From contig CBFIDD010000001.1 in NCBI GenBank assembly GCA_965661285.1, positions 404,852-468,851 of the forward strand: 64,000 nucleotides of DNA, given 5' to 3'. Made by a program: the position numbers and the translations under genes. This stretch comes from Poseidonia sp. (GTDB lineage: Archaea > Thermoplasmatota > Poseidoniia > Poseidoniales > Poseidoniaceae). Under the pieces are notes generated by a model. That model saw only the letters and a list, made by a program, of their open reading frames with translations. It was not told where the DNA came from and made no database searches. Shown piece after piece: positions 19,932 to 30,208 of the stretch (its first letter is position 1; each line of letters starts with the position of its first letter).

Positions 19932-20936
19932 TCACCAGAACTGGTACCACGGCTTGGTTTCTGAACCCACAAAGGTCGCCGAAACCAATTCAACATTCTG
20001 GGTTGGTCGGTCGTTTTGTCCAGTATCGGTTGCCGAGATCGCCGTGACGTGGTTGCAGCCGCTGGTGATTTCGCCGAACACGGTGTGTTCGCCGTCCAAC
20101 CAATTTGGCGTGCTGTCGTTTGGAATCAAGAAGAACTGGCTACCACCGGTGTTGGCGGCGCTGGTCTTGGCCATCGAGATGGTGCACGGCTCGTGGTTGC
20201 GGCCGTTGTCGGCTTCGTCGGGGATGGTGTAAGAGGTCTTGCCGGCGCACTCCGCTTCGGATGTTTCGGCGCCGTTGCAGTAGCCGAACCACTTGGCAGC
20301 GTGTCCACCGGTACCGTCGCCGTTGGTGAAGTCGCCACCTTGGATCATGAAATCATCGATGACACGGTGGAAGATGGTGCCGTCGTAGTCGCCGTTCTCA
20401 ACGAGGAGTTTGAAGTTCTCCACGTGAATCGGTGCATCGTCCGGGTAGAGCTCAATGGTGACCGTCCCGCTGTTCGCGCCACCGTTCCACGTCAACTCGA
20501 GGTCGACAATGTCCGTCGTGGTGTCGGACCGGTTGGCGACGTTGATCATCGCCAACACAAGCACGCCTGCAAGGAAGATGGCCATGATGCCGGCGGGCGT
20601 TGGCGTGCCGTCGTTGAGAAGACGGGGGAAGGAGGTCTCGCTGATGCCTTTGTCCTGCATTTCGTTGAGCAGGTCGTTGTAGAGGCGGTCAGCCTTCTTG
20701 TCCCGAGGATTCTTTTTGGTGGCTTCACGAAGAAGGGAGGCGGCTCGTCGATATTGGGAGCGGTCGTTGCCGCCCTTCGCCTCAAGCCAGGTGGCGTGGC
20801 CGGCCAACATGAGCGTTGTAGGTTCCTTGCCATCGGGGTCCATATCCCTGAGAATTTTCAGGGCGGCGTCGCCTTTTCCTTTCGTGATGGCTTTCTCAGC
20901 CTTTTCCCAGCCGGTTCGCATCGCTTCGTCCGCCAT
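19932..20936 (-). CDS. Cyclophilin-type peptidyl-prolyl isomerase with N-terminal TPR-like region and TM helix
   Basis: FHRVIDDFMIQGGD, SMAKT, GSQFF, WLDGEHTVFG; start inferred at MADEAM. Confidence 0.9.
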   Translation of the reverse strand: MADEAMRTGWEKAEKAITKGKGDAALKILRDMDPDGKEPTTLMLAGHATWLEAKGGNDRSQYRRAASLLREATKKNPRDKKADRLYNDLLNEMQDKGISETSFPRLLNDGTPTPAGIMAIFLAGVLVLAMINVANRSDTTTDIVDLELTWNGGANSGTVTIELYPDDAPIHVENFKLLVENGDYDGTIFHRVIDDFMIQGGDFTNGDGTGGHAAKWFGYCNGAETSEAECAGKTSYTIPDEADNGRNHEPCTISMAKTSAANTGGSQFFLIPNDSTPNWLDGEHTVFGEITSGCNHVTAISATDTGQNDRPTQNVELVSATFVGSETKPWYQFW

Positions 20937-21098
20937 GCTCACGCCCAGTCCTCGTGTGGTTTTGAGTCTCACGCTTCACGGCTCCGCCGTTCTGCCGAGG
21001 CACTGGACCGGGGGAATGGACCGGCAACATGTTGAAAGAGTGCTTGAGAAACCGGCGAACAGGACGGGTCAACCGCCAGCCCTCGAGGGATGTTTTCC

Positions 21099-22889
21099 AT
21101 GGACCACATCATCAACGACTTCACCATCAACATCGCCACCGCCAACGGAACCGGGTCCCAATCTGCGAACCTCATTCTCTTGCAATCGCTTTTCGACATG
21201 GGCGTCCCCGTCAGCGGAAAGAACCTGTTTCCCTCCAACATCTCCGGCCTCCCCACCTGGTACATCGTACGCCTTTCGGACAAAGGATACCAAGCACCGG
21301 GCGACCGCACGCACATCCAGGTGCTCGTCAACCCTGCCACTTGGGACGACGACCTGGCGGCCCTCGAACCCGGCTCCGTGGTCATTTGGAACAGCGACAC
21401 GAAGAAGAAAACCGTTGAGCGAGACGACATTATCTCCTATCCCGTTCCAATGAGTTCCCTGGCTCGCAAAATCAATCCAAAAATCGCCAAACTCGTTACC
21501 AACATCATCTACGTTGGCGTCCTCGCAGAACTTCTAGGCATTGACCAAACGTGCCTCGAGTCCGCCGTAGCCAAGCAATTCAAAGGTAAGGCCACCGCTG
21601 TGGAACTCAACATCACCGCCCTCGGTTTGGGTCGCGACTACTGCAAGGAACACCTGACCAAAGAAGATGCATACGCCGTTGAGCCTCGCGAGGTCGAGAA
21701 GCCTCAATTCTTCATCGAAGGCAACGAAGCGGCCGCTCTTGGTGCTCATTACGGTGGCGTTCAACTGCTGGCGTGGTACCCTATCACACCCTCGTCCTCG
21801 CTAGCTGAAGGCATCATCAATTACATCCCAAGGCTGCGAACCGACGATGACGGAAACGCCAAGATGGCTGTCATCCAAGCCGAAGACGAACTGGCCGCCG
21901 CCGGCATGGTGCTCGGTGCTGGTTGGGCCGGTGGCCGTGGCATGACCGCCACCTCCGGACCCGGTATCTCGCTGATGCAGGAGTTTATCGGACTGGCCTA
22001 CTTCGCAGAAATCCCCTCTGTGTTCTGGGACGTGACCCGTGTGGGTCCCTCAACCGGGCTGCCAACACGCACCCAACAATCCGACATCGCCATGCTCTAC
22101 GAAGGCAGCCACGGCGACACCCAGCACATCGTGCTCATCCCCGGTACGGTGGAGGAGTGCTTTGAGTACGGCTGGCGCGCCTTTGACTACGCTGAACGCT
22201 TCCAAACGCCAATTTTCGGCATGAGTGACCTCGATTTGGGCATGAACCGTTGGGCATGTGAAGGCTTCACCTACCCCGACCAGCCCATGGACCGTGGCAA
22301 GGTCGTGCGCGAGCAAGACGTCTTCGAAGCATTCGAAACCTTTGGCCGCTACCTGGATGTGGACGGCGACGGCATTCCCTACCGAACCCTTCCCGGTTCA
22401 GGCATGGCCCCCATCCTCTACCGAGGAACAGGACACAACCCGATGGGCGGTTACTCCGAGAAACCCGAGGACTACTACAACCTCATGCAGCGCTTGCGCA
22501 TGAAGATCGATAACGCTCGAGACGAACTCCCCGCACCTATTTTGCGAGAAGAAGAAGAATGCGAAGTTGGGATTGTTTTCCTCGGCAGCATGGAAAACTC
22601 AATTCAAGAAATCGATGACATCCTTGAAGAAACCGGCATGAAAGTCAGCCAGTGCCGCGTTCGCGCCCTGCCGTTCCATTCGGAAGTAGAGGCCTTCGTC
22701 CGCCGACACGAAACGGTCATCGTTTTGGAAATCAACCGAGACGGTCAACTCTATGGCATCCTACGACGAGAACTCCCCAACGACTTGGTCACCAAGGTGC
22801 ACTCGGTCGCCTACAGCGACGGTATGCCACCGCGTGCTCGCATCTACGCAGAGCGTATTTTGAAAACCCTTGAGGAGGTGAACCAATGA
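21099..22889 (+). CDS. korA: 2-oxoacid:ferredoxin oxidoreductase alpha subunit (gamma-alpha fusion)
   Basis: YPITPSS, QAEDELAA, TATSGPGISLM, GPSTGLPT. Confidence 0.93.
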   Translation: MDHIINDFTINIATANGTGSQSANLILLQSLFDMGVPVSGKNLFPSNISGLPTWYIVRLSDKGYQAPGDRTHIQVLVNPATWDDDLAALEPGSVVIWNSDTKKKTVERDDIISYPVPMSSLARKINPKIAKLVTNIIYVGVLAELLGIDQTCLESAVAKQFKGKATAVELNITALGLGRDYCKEHLTKEDAYAVEPREVEKPQFFIEGNEAAALGAHYGGVQLLAWYPITPSSSLAEGIINYIPRLRTDDDGNAKMAVIQAEDELAAAGMVLGAGWAGGRGMTATSGPGISLMQEFIGLAYFAEIPSVFWDVTRVGPSTGLPTRTQQSDIAMLYEGSHGDTQHIVLIPGTVEECFEYGWRAFDYAERFQTPIFGMSDLDLGMNRWACEGFTYPDQPMDRGKVVREQDVFEAFETFGRYLDVDGDGIPYRTLPGSGMAPILYRGTGHNPMGGYSEKPEDYYNLMQRLRMKIDNARDELPAPILREEEECEVGIVFLGSMENSIQEIDDILEETGMKVSQCRVRALPFHSEVEAFVRRHETVIVLEINRDGQLYGILRRELPNDLVTKVHSVAYSDGMPPRARIYAERILKTLEEVNQ

Positions 22890-23932
22890 GCGACCGACCC
22901 GCACGAGCCATCAAACTCAACGTCATCAACGAGCCCAAAGACAGTTACACAGGCGGGCCGTCCTCCCTGTGTCCTGGTTGCGGTCACGACCAAATCTCCA
23001 ACGTCATCGTCACGGCTGCATGGGAAAACGGCATTGAGCCTCACCGCATCGCCAAGATGTCCGGCATTGGCTGCTCCTCGAAAACCCCAGCCTACTACCT
23101 CGGGCAGTCCCACGGGTTCAACACCGTTCACGGCCGCATGCCCTCGGTGACCACCGGTGCCTACGCCATCAACAAGGACCTGCTTTACCTTGGTGTTTCA
23201 GGCGACGGCGACTCCGCTTCCATTGGCATCGGACAACTTATCCACGCCATTCGCCGAAACATGGACATGGTCTACATCGTGGAAAACAACGGTGTTTACG
23301 GTCTAACCAAGGGCCAGTACTCCGCTACCGCTGACGTCGGCTCCAAGAAGAAGAAAGGGCCAGCTAACGAAACGCAGCCCATCGATTTGTGTGCCTTGGC
23401 CATCAACCTCGGTTGCACCTTCGTGGCCCGCTCCTTTTCGGGCTCCAAGAAACAACTGACCTCGCTGCTCAAGGCAGCGATGTCCCACAAAGGCTTCGCC
23501 CTCATCGACGTGATTTCACCGTGTGTGACCTTCAACAATAACGACGAGTCCATGCGTTCTTACGGCTACGTGAAGGAGAACGAAATCACGCTCCACATGG
23601 CCGACTACATCCCTCATTTCAACCCGGTTGAGGAAATTGAAGTGCCCGAAGGCCACTTCCGCGACATCACCCTCCACGACGGGTCGACCATCCGATTGGA
23701 AACCATCTCTGCCGAGCACGATCCTGGCGACACCATGGCGGCACTCAAAGCCCTTCACGAAGCTGAAACCGGGAAGAAACACGTCACAGGACTGCTGTAC
23801 TTCGATGCTAGCAAACCCTCGCTTGCCGAAGACCTCGGCTTGGTGGAGGAACCCCTGCTCGATGTCCCTGATGAAGCACTCCGCCCTGACAAGGCTTCGC
23901 TGGACGCCCTGAACGCAGAATTCCTTTCGTGA
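22886..23932 (+). CDS. korB: 2-oxoacid:ferredoxin oxidoreductase beta subunit
   Basis: LCPGCGH, SGIGCSS, TPP motif GDGD...NNGVYGLTKGQ, SPCVTFN. Confidence 0.93.
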   Translation: MSDRPARAIKLNVINEPKDSYTGGPSSLCPGCGHDQISNVIVTAAWENGIEPHRIAKMSGIGCSSKTPAYYLGQSHGFNTVHGRMPSVTTGAYAINKDLLYLGVSGDGDSASIGIGQLIHAIRRNMDMVYIVENNGVYGLTKGQYSATADVGSKKKKGPANETQPIDLCALAINLGCTFVARSFSGSKKQLTSLLKAAMSHKGFALIDVISPCVTFNNNDESMRSYGYVKENEITLHMADYIPHFNPVEEIEVPEGHFRDITLHDGSTIRLETISAEHDPGDTMAALKALHEAETGKKHVTGLLYFDASKPSLAEDLGLVEEPLLDVPDEALRPDKASLDALNAEFLS

Positions 23933-23981
23933 AGGAATTTCATCGCGCCTTCTATTAAGGACCGGGGACAAATAAAGCGAC

Positions 23982-24863
23982 ATGGTTGACCCCATTACCC
24001 TCGGCTCAAGCCTTGCGTTGACGGGTTTTGGCGTCTATCTTCTGAATCGTTATTGGAAACAACGACAAGCTCGGCTTCGAGCCTTGGCCCTGCTCCAAAA
24101 ATACAGCACCTCCTCGCGCATTGCGCTTCATCAAGGGCGAATGCGACTGCTGGTCAGCATGCCGCAAGTGGACCAACTTCCCGAGCAGGAGCAGCAAGCG
24201 TGGAGAGAGCGAGACGAGCGAAGAGACCGGAATTACATGGAACTCGACTTGATTCAACCGCTGGCTGATAGCGAGGAGGATGAACCGCCTGCAGAAGACG
24301 AGCGACAAACCGAATTGGAGGCTCGAACCCAGTGGATGGAGGAGAACGCACCGCCCATGCAAGAACACGCCACCTTGGTGGCAGAGGAACACATCGGCAG
24401 TGGCGTGATCGTGGCAACAGAGGCCGATGAAGAGCACGAAGTCAACATCGACGAACGTTTGGAGCGAGAGGGTGGTGCTTCAGGACAAGTGCAAATTTCA
24501 CTCGCTTGGGACGATTACAACGACCTCGATTTGCATCTTTTCTGTCCTTCGGGAGAACGCATTTACTTCAACAACAAGCGAAGCGAATGCGGCGGGGAAC
24601 TCGACGTCGACATGAACGTTCGTCCAATCTCCAACACGCCGGTTGAAAACGTCGTGTGGAAGGGCGATGCTCCGCTTGGAACCTACAAGGTCGGCGTGCA
24701 TTTCTACAAGCATCATCGAAAACGACGCACGAAACGGGTGTGTCGCTATCGCCTTCGGGTGATCACGCACGGCCAAACCAAGGAATACCTCGGGAAGATC
24801 AAGTACGGTCAAGCCATGCAGATGGTCACGTCGTTTTCCTTGACTGACGCCTACAAAGGATGA
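23982..24863 (+). CDS. Membrane-anchored protein with YfaP/DUF2135-like C-terminal domain
   Basis: N-terminal TM; 'VQISLAWDDYNDLDLHLFCPSGE...GELDVD...PVENVVW' pattern. Confidence 0.7.
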   Translation: MVDPITLGSSLALTGFGVYLLNRYWKQRQARLRALALLQKYSTSSRIALHQGRMRLLVSMPQVDQLPEQEQQAWRERDERRDRNYMELDLIQPLADSEEDEPPAEDERQTELEARTQWMEENAPPMQEHATLVAEEHIGSGVIVATEADEEHEVNIDERLEREGGASGQVQISLAWDDYNDLDLHLFCPSGERIYFNNKRSECGGELDVDMNVRPISNTPVENVVWKGDAPLGTYKVGVHFYKHHRKRRTKRVCRYRLRVITHGQTKEYLGKIKYGQAMQMVTSFSLTDAYKG

Positions 24864-25603
24864 ACATGGCTCGCTGCGAACAACGCAGACCCCAACGGCC
24901 CTGCCGTGTCTGCAAGAAGCGAGGGGACCAGTTCAGCCTCCGTTTTGAGCAGGGGTTGAATCTTCTCCCAGTGCTCCATGAGCCCGCCGTAGAGGATGAT
25001 TCGGGTAGGACGAACCTTCTGTTCAAGATAGGTCAGACCTTCTTGAAAACGAACGGCCCACTGCTCCAAGGTCCACCCGTGCTGTGTTCGCGCAGCGCCC
25101 GAGAGGTGGTGTTCAAGGTACCCTTCTCTGGATGGATGGGGTAAGCGACCGTACTCAAGATTTGGAAGCAGTGCGCCGTTTTGGTGCACTGTGGTTCCCA
25201 GCCCGGTACCGATGGTCAGGGTGAGGACACACGAATGTTCATCGTGCCCTGCACCGAATCGTTCCTCAGCCACAGCCACAGCATCCGCGTCGTTGAGCAT
25301 CGAAAATTGGCCTCCGTGGAAGTTGTGCAAAACAGATGCAACCTCCGTCTCCAACCACGACTCGCCAAGGTTGGGCGCCGTGATGGGTTTTGAGGCCTCG
25401 ACGGCGCCGGGGAAGCCAAGCCCAATGGGGCCCCGCCAACCCAGCCCCTCGATGGCTTGAACCAATGAAGGAAGTACCTCGTTTGGAGCGGTTGACGAAC
25501 CGTGGCGGCAGGCGTGCAGTGAGCCTTCCAGCGCCCCCGTTCGAGTATCAAACACACCGAGACGAAAACCGCTCCCGCCAAGGTCGATGCCCAGGGCCTT
25601 CAA
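24851..25603 (-). CDS. ppgK: ROK-family sugar kinase, polyphosphate glucokinase-like
   Basis: GIDLGGSG, IGLGFPG, LNDADAVAVAE, LTIGTGLGT, PNLEYG. Confidence 0.8.
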   Translation of the reverse strand: MKALGIDLGGSGFRLGVFDTRTGALEGSLHACRHGSSTAPNEVLPSLVQAIEGLGWRGPIGLGFPGAVEASKPITAPNLGESWLETEVASVLHNFHGGQFSMLNDADAVAVAEERFGAGHDEHSCVLTLTIGTGLGTTVHQNGALLPNLEYGRLPHPSREGYLEHHLSGAARTQHGWTLEQWAVRFQEGLTYLEQKVRPTRIILYGGLMEHWEKIQPLLKTEAELVPSLLADTAGPLGSALFAASHVHPL

Positions 25604-26334
25604 CGTCCATCACCCGAATGTCGGGACAAAATAGCATCAACAAGCGGCGGGAAGGTCAAACCGTGTGGATGCGGCGAGACGACGCTGGCTGCTTCTTCAA
25701 CAGCTGGAAAGGCCCCGCCAACGGCAACGGACCAGTGAAGAAATTCAAACATCGACAAATCATTGGGTGCATCACCGACACACAGCGCCTCCTCGGGAGA
25801 CCACCCCATGCGCTCAAACAAGAACCGAAGCCCCTCGCCCTTGCTTATATGAGGCTCCATGAGGTGAACGGCGAACCCGGTCCTCACCACGCTGAGATGG
25901 GACCATGGACTGCTGGCGACCGCAGCGGTGACGGCCTCGAGAGGTTCGTTTGGAAAGAGACACCACTCGCTCTCCCGCCATCGATTCGAGGCGATTCCCT
26001 CAGCATCCAAGCCCTCGATTTGCGTGGCAAGCCACCTTGCGGCTTCCTTGGCTTCGTCGGCTTTGGCTCGAAGGACTGGCTCGTCCCATGCGGGGTGCCA
26101 AAGAACACCACCGTTCTCACAACACATCGGCGCTGACAGTCCAAGAAATCGCCAGAGGCCGTAGGTCACGGGGCGAACATTGCCGGTGGCGAGCACCACG
26201 GGAATTCCTGCCTCCTCCAAACGCCTGACGGCCTGCACCGCTTCGGTAGAGAGGTGCTTCTTTTCGTCGGTGATGGTGCCGTCAATATCAATGACGACCA
26301 CCCGAGGACACCATTCCTCCGGCAGCCACTGCAT
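25600..26334 (-). CDS. HAD-superfamily phosphoglycolate phosphatase (TA0175/SPP-like)
   Basis: DIDGTIT, LATGN, ENGG, SKGEGL, VGDAPNDLSMF; start uncertain (26334 or 26367). Confidence 0.88.
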   Translation of the reverse strand: MQWLPEEWCPRVVVIDIDGTITDEKKHLSTEAVQAVRRLEEAGIPVVLATGNVRPVTYGLWRFLGLSAPMCCENGGVLWHPAWDEPVLRAKADEAKEAARWLATQIEGLDAEGIASNRWRESEWCLFPNEPLEAVTAAVASSPWSHLSVVRTGFAVHLMEPHISKGEGLRFLFERMGWSPEEALCVGDAPNDLSMFEFLHWSVAVGGAFPAVEEAASVVSPHPHGLTFPPLVDAILSRHSGDGR

Positions 26335-26435
26335 GTGGATAGCCAGCAGGAGGAAAATCAAGAACATTCCCTTGATGAGAGCCCGAGAACGAGAATCATG
26401 AAAGGTTTCATGAGGGGTCTATGGCTCGCAAAGTC

Positions 26436-29132
26436 ATGGGAGAAGACGGTGAGGGGGAAGCCTTTCTTTCCCTCGAAGATGACGAACCTGTTTCGCCATC
26501 GCCGTCAACAGAAGAGGTGGTACAGGCTCCCGATACGAAAGAAGAACCCCTTGACATCCTGGTACCCGAAATGGTTGATGCCATCGTTGTTGAAGATGCC
26601 AGCGGATCGTATGATGTGAGTTGGCCGCTTATCGGCATGGACTGCCCGGATTGTGCCTCAAAAGCAATGGGCGCGCTCGGCCATATGAAACAGGTCATGC
26701 AATCCAATGTCTCTGCGACATCCGGTGAAGTCAAACTCAGCATTAACCTCGAAAACGGGTCGCTTTCCGAAGTATCCGCTGTGTTGCGCTCCCTCGGCCA
26801 CGCTCCTGACATCGACCATTACGAGGTGGTCGGCGTGCGAGCCAAAGCCGTGGCTCATAGAAACGGCGTGCCGGTGCAAAAACTTGAGCGCGTGCTTCGC
26901 CGACAACCAGGTATTCTGGACGCTGAGATTTCAGACGATGACCGAATTCTCGTCCAGCTTGTAGTGACCAATGAAAAGGCGCTTCTCGATGCACGCAAGC
27001 GCGCTTTGGAACATGTGTTGGGCGTGGAACCAACGTTCGTCGTGGCCCAATCGAACCGGTTGCGCCCCGACCAGTGGCGACTGATTGGTGGCGGCATTGC
27101 GTTTCCCATCCTGGTCATCATCATGCTCGCCGAACTCTTCGGCTATCACGGGATACTGATTCCCATCTTGGCCCTCCCCGGCGTGGCCATTGGTGGCGTC
27201 CAGATGTTCAAGGAGGCGTTCGCTTCGCTTCGAAACCTGCAGGTGGGGTTCCAAGTCCTCACGAGCCTTGCCGTCATCGGCGCATGCATCCTCGGCATGT
27301 GGGAAGAGGCGCTCATCGTCACCATCCTGGTCGCCTTCACGATCCACCTCGAAGGGGACGCCCTGGTCAAAGCACGTCAAGCCATGCAGGGCGGATTGGA
27401 CCGACTCCCACGAACGGCTCGAAAGGTCAACAAGAGCAAGGCTATTTCCCTTTCATCCGACATGACGTACACGGCGCCCGCAGGAGGCGTTGCCCTCCCC
27501 ATGGGAAGCGGCCCCAGCCTCGCCAGCCACTCCGGCGCCGTTCCTGAAACGGAGAATGTCCCCATCGACCTTATTCGTCCTGGCGACACCATCGAAATCC
27601 GTAGCGGAGAACTGATTCCTACAGACGGGCGAATCATCGAAGGCAAGGGTGCCCTGAACAAAGCACCGCTCACCGGCGAATCCGTTCCTGTGGATGTTGG
27701 CGAAGGGGATACCATCGAAGCCGGTCTCGTTCTTTCGAAAGGTCCGGTGTTGTGCGAAGTGCTCGCGGTGGGCGATGAAACGCGACTCGCAGGACTCATC
27801 GATGCCGTCCACACCTTCCGTGATGTGCCGCCAAGACTCCACAGCAGCATTGAGAAATTTACCGCCATATGGGTGCCGACGGTTTTGTTCGGAGCCTTGG
27901 CCGTGTGGTATTTTTTCTTCCCCGAGGACTGGAAAATTATCCTCTTGCTGTGGGTGGTCTCCTGTCCATGCGCCCTCTTGCTCGCAACGCCCGTACCCCA
28001 CGCTGCAGCGCTTTCCAACGCCGCCCAGAACGGGGTGATCGTTCGTGGCGGTGATGCACTTGAGCGCATGGCGCACGTCAATCACATTCTCTTGGACAAA
28101 ACGGGCACGCTGACATCGGGCCGCCCCACCGTCGGCGAAGTCGTCCTCGGGAAAGGGCGACGGAAGAAGGCGGCACTGCAACTCATGATGGGACTGGAGG
28201 CACGCTCCTCTCACCCCTACGCATTGGCGATGATGGATTACTGCAGCGCAGAAGACATCAAGCCCGCCGCTATCAAAGGACTCAGCGATATCGATGCGGG
28301 GGTCTCCGGCCAGCACGGCAGCACCGAAGTGGCGTTTATTCGGCCCGATAAGGCCGGTTCCATGGGCGTTGAGGTTGAGGAGAAATTGAGTGAAGCCTTC
28401 GATCAAGCAAAGGCTGAGGGCCACGGGGCAAGTCTGCTGGTAAAGGCCGGAAAGGCCGTCGCTTTGGCCACCTTCGTCCACGACGACACGCGCGACGGTA
28501 CGGACACCCTCATCGCTGCCCTGCAAAAGCGCAACATCAACATCGAAATTATCTCGGGCGACCACCAAAACGCGGTATCGGAATTCGCCCGAACGGTTGG
28601 CCTGCCCGAAAGTGCAGCCCATGGTGGATTGAGCCCAGAAGAAAAGGTGCGGTGGGTGAAGGCGCGATCCAGTTCGCACGTCACCATGATGGTTGGCGAC
28701 GGCTTCAACGATGCTGCAGCCCTGGCCGTCGCCGATGTCGGGGTCGCCATCGGGACCGGGGAGTCCGTCAATCTTGAAGCGGCCGACGTGCTGGTTCCCG
28801 GAGACGACCCTCGCATGATCACGGAGATGATCGACCTTGCTCGTCAGGCCCAACGAACCTTGATGCAGAATCTCTTTTTCTCCGTGTTCATCACTGTCAC
28901 GCTCGTGTTTGCCGTGGTTCAACAGTGGTACGACCAACTCTGGGTCGGCGTTCTCATCCACGAACTCTCGGTTGTGATCGTGATCCTCAACGGTGCCCGG
29001 TTGGCACAGAACGGACAATCGCTCGAATTGTTGAAAGCCACGCTCACATCCGTCGTTGCAGATACCAGAATCGCATTTTCAACGCTGAGAGCGAGGTTTC
29101 TTCCCGCTCGTTGGTGGGAGAAATCTTCGTGA
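26436..29132 (+). CDS. Heavy-metal P1B-type ATPase
   Basis: GMDCPDC metal-binding domain, TGES, SCPCAL, DKTGT, HP, GDGFND; start placed at MGEDG from promoter spacing. Confidence 0.93.
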   Translation: MGEDGEGEAFLSLEDDEPVSPSPSTEEVVQAPDTKEEPLDILVPEMVDAIVVEDASGSYDVSWPLIGMDCPDCASKAMGALGHMKQVMQSNVSATSGEVKLSINLENGSLSEVSAVLRSLGHAPDIDHYEVVGVRAKAVAHRNGVPVQKLERVLRRQPGILDAEISDDDRILVQLVVTNEKALLDARKRALEHVLGVEPTFVVAQSNRLRPDQWRLIGGGIAFPILVIIMLAELFGYHGILIPILALPGVAIGGVQMFKEAFASLRNLQVGFQVLTSLAVIGACILGMWEEALIVTILVAFTIHLEGDALVKARQAMQGGLDRLPRTARKVNKSKAISLSSDMTYTAPAGGVALPMGSGPSLASHSGAVPETENVPIDLIRPGDTIEIRSGELIPTDGRIIEGKGALNKAPLTGESVPVDVGEGDTIEAGLVLSKGPVLCEVLAVGDETRLAGLIDAVHTFRDVPPRLHSSIEKFTAIWVPTVLFGALAVWYFFFPEDWKIILLLWVVSCPCALLLATPVPHAAALSNAAQNGVIVRGGDALERMAHVNHILLDKTGTLTSGRPTVGEVVLGKGRRKKAALQLMMGLEARSSHPYALAMMDYCSAEDIKPAAIKGLSDIDAGVSGQHGSTEVAFIRPDKAGSMGVEVEEKLSEAFDQAKAEGHGASLLVKAGKAVALATFVHDDTRDGTDTLIAALQKRNINIEIISGDHQNAVSEFARTVGLPESAAHGGLSPEEKVRWVKARSSSHVTMMVGDGFNDAAALAVADVGVAIGTGESVNLEAADVLVPGDDPRMITEMIDLARQAQRTLMQNLFFSVFITVTLVFAVVQQWYDQLWVGVLIHELSVVIVILNGARLAQNGQSLELLKATLTSVVADTRIAFSTLRARFLPARWWEKSS

Positions 29133-29184
29133 TTGACGCGACATCTTCAAACCCTATGGGCCTGTCTTCCCGATAGGTGGGAGA

Positions 29185-29700
29185 ATGGGACGAGTACGAG
29201 GCGACCCCATCACCACCGCTTTGGCCCACCCGACACGGCGTGCGGCATATGTGGCGCTTGCTCAATGCGAAGAGATGAGCACGGTCCAACTCCAGAAGGA
29301 GGTCGGCGTTGACCGGTACAACCTCTACCACCACCTCAAGAAACTCGCATCGCTTTCCCTCATTGAGAACCATCGAGATGAGGGCCGAGCACGCTGGTGG
29401 AGAAAGGAGCAGCACGTTGATTTGCCCGAACTGCTCCAAACCAGCGATGCCCCTGTGGCAATGTCCCAAGCCGCACCTTCACAACCTGAACCTTCTCATG
29501 CACGCCCAACAACAACCCTTGCGTCCTTGGCCGTGGACAAGGAAGGCAGGGATGTGATCGTGCTTGACCTTCATGGTTCACGGGACCAAGTCAGCGCCAA
29601 ACAACTGATCGTCCGTCTGTCTGAGGAATTCGGCCTGACGCTTGATGTGCCTTGGAACTTCATCCCCGAACAGCTCGTTCTGTACTCGAAAAAGAAGTGA
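29185..29700 (+). CDS. ArsR-like winged-helix transcriptional regulator
   Basis: ALAHPTRR...LYHHLKKLASLSLI pattern; directly downstream of the metal ATPase. Confidence 0.8.
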   Translation: MGRVRGDPITTALAHPTRRAAYVALAQCEEMSTVQLQKEVGVDRYNLYHHLKKLASLSLIENHRDEGRARWWRKEQHVDLPELLQTSDAPVAMSQAAPSQPEPSHARPTTTLASLAVDKEGRDVIVLDLHGSRDQVSAKQLIVRLSEEFGLTLDVPWNFIPEQLVLYSKKK

Positions 29701-29704
29701 TTCC

Positions 29705-30097
29705 ATGTCCGAAGAGTTGAGCGTGGAATCAAAAGTGGCCCCGCCACCGCTCTCCTGTCCCAAGTGCAAGGGCATGTTGCCCATTGGCCTGGGAGAACTC
29801 AATTGCACCCTTTGCGATGCTCGCGTTCGAGTTGACCATCCGTTGACCCGACGAAAATGGAAGGAAGAGAAGCTCTCCTGCCCGTCCTGTTCGAAGGTTT
29901 TGGTCGCAGGCGTAGACCATCGCCCAGCTGACTTGAAATGCGGGAGTTGTGAAACGTATTTTACACTCAAGCGACAGACACCCCGGGTGGAAATTGAGTG
30001 CCCCGGTTGCCACCGAAACTTGAGGATGAAGCGTCGCCCCGGAACCAGGAACATCGAGTGCCCTGCCTGCGATACGGAATTCACCGTCAAATTTTGA
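29705..30097 (+). CDS. Triple zinc-ribbon protein
   Basis: Six CxxC motifs (CPKC, CTLC, CPSC, CGSC, CPGC, CPAC) in 130 aa. Confidence 0.8.
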   Translation: MSEELSVESKVAPPPLSCPKCKGMLPIGLGELNCTLCDARVRVDHPLTRRKWKEEKLSCPSCSKVLVAGVDHRPADLKCGSCETYFTLKRQTPRVEIECPGCHRNLRMKRRPGTRNIECPACDTEFTVKF

Positions 30098-30208
30098 CCC
30101 ACGGGGCGCCGAAAAGGGTCAAAAAAAACCCTGCACGGCGCTTTGATTCGTCGCGCTCCTTATCTATGAAGAGAAGCCCATGAAGAAGTGGATGGGATTC
30201 CAATGGGT

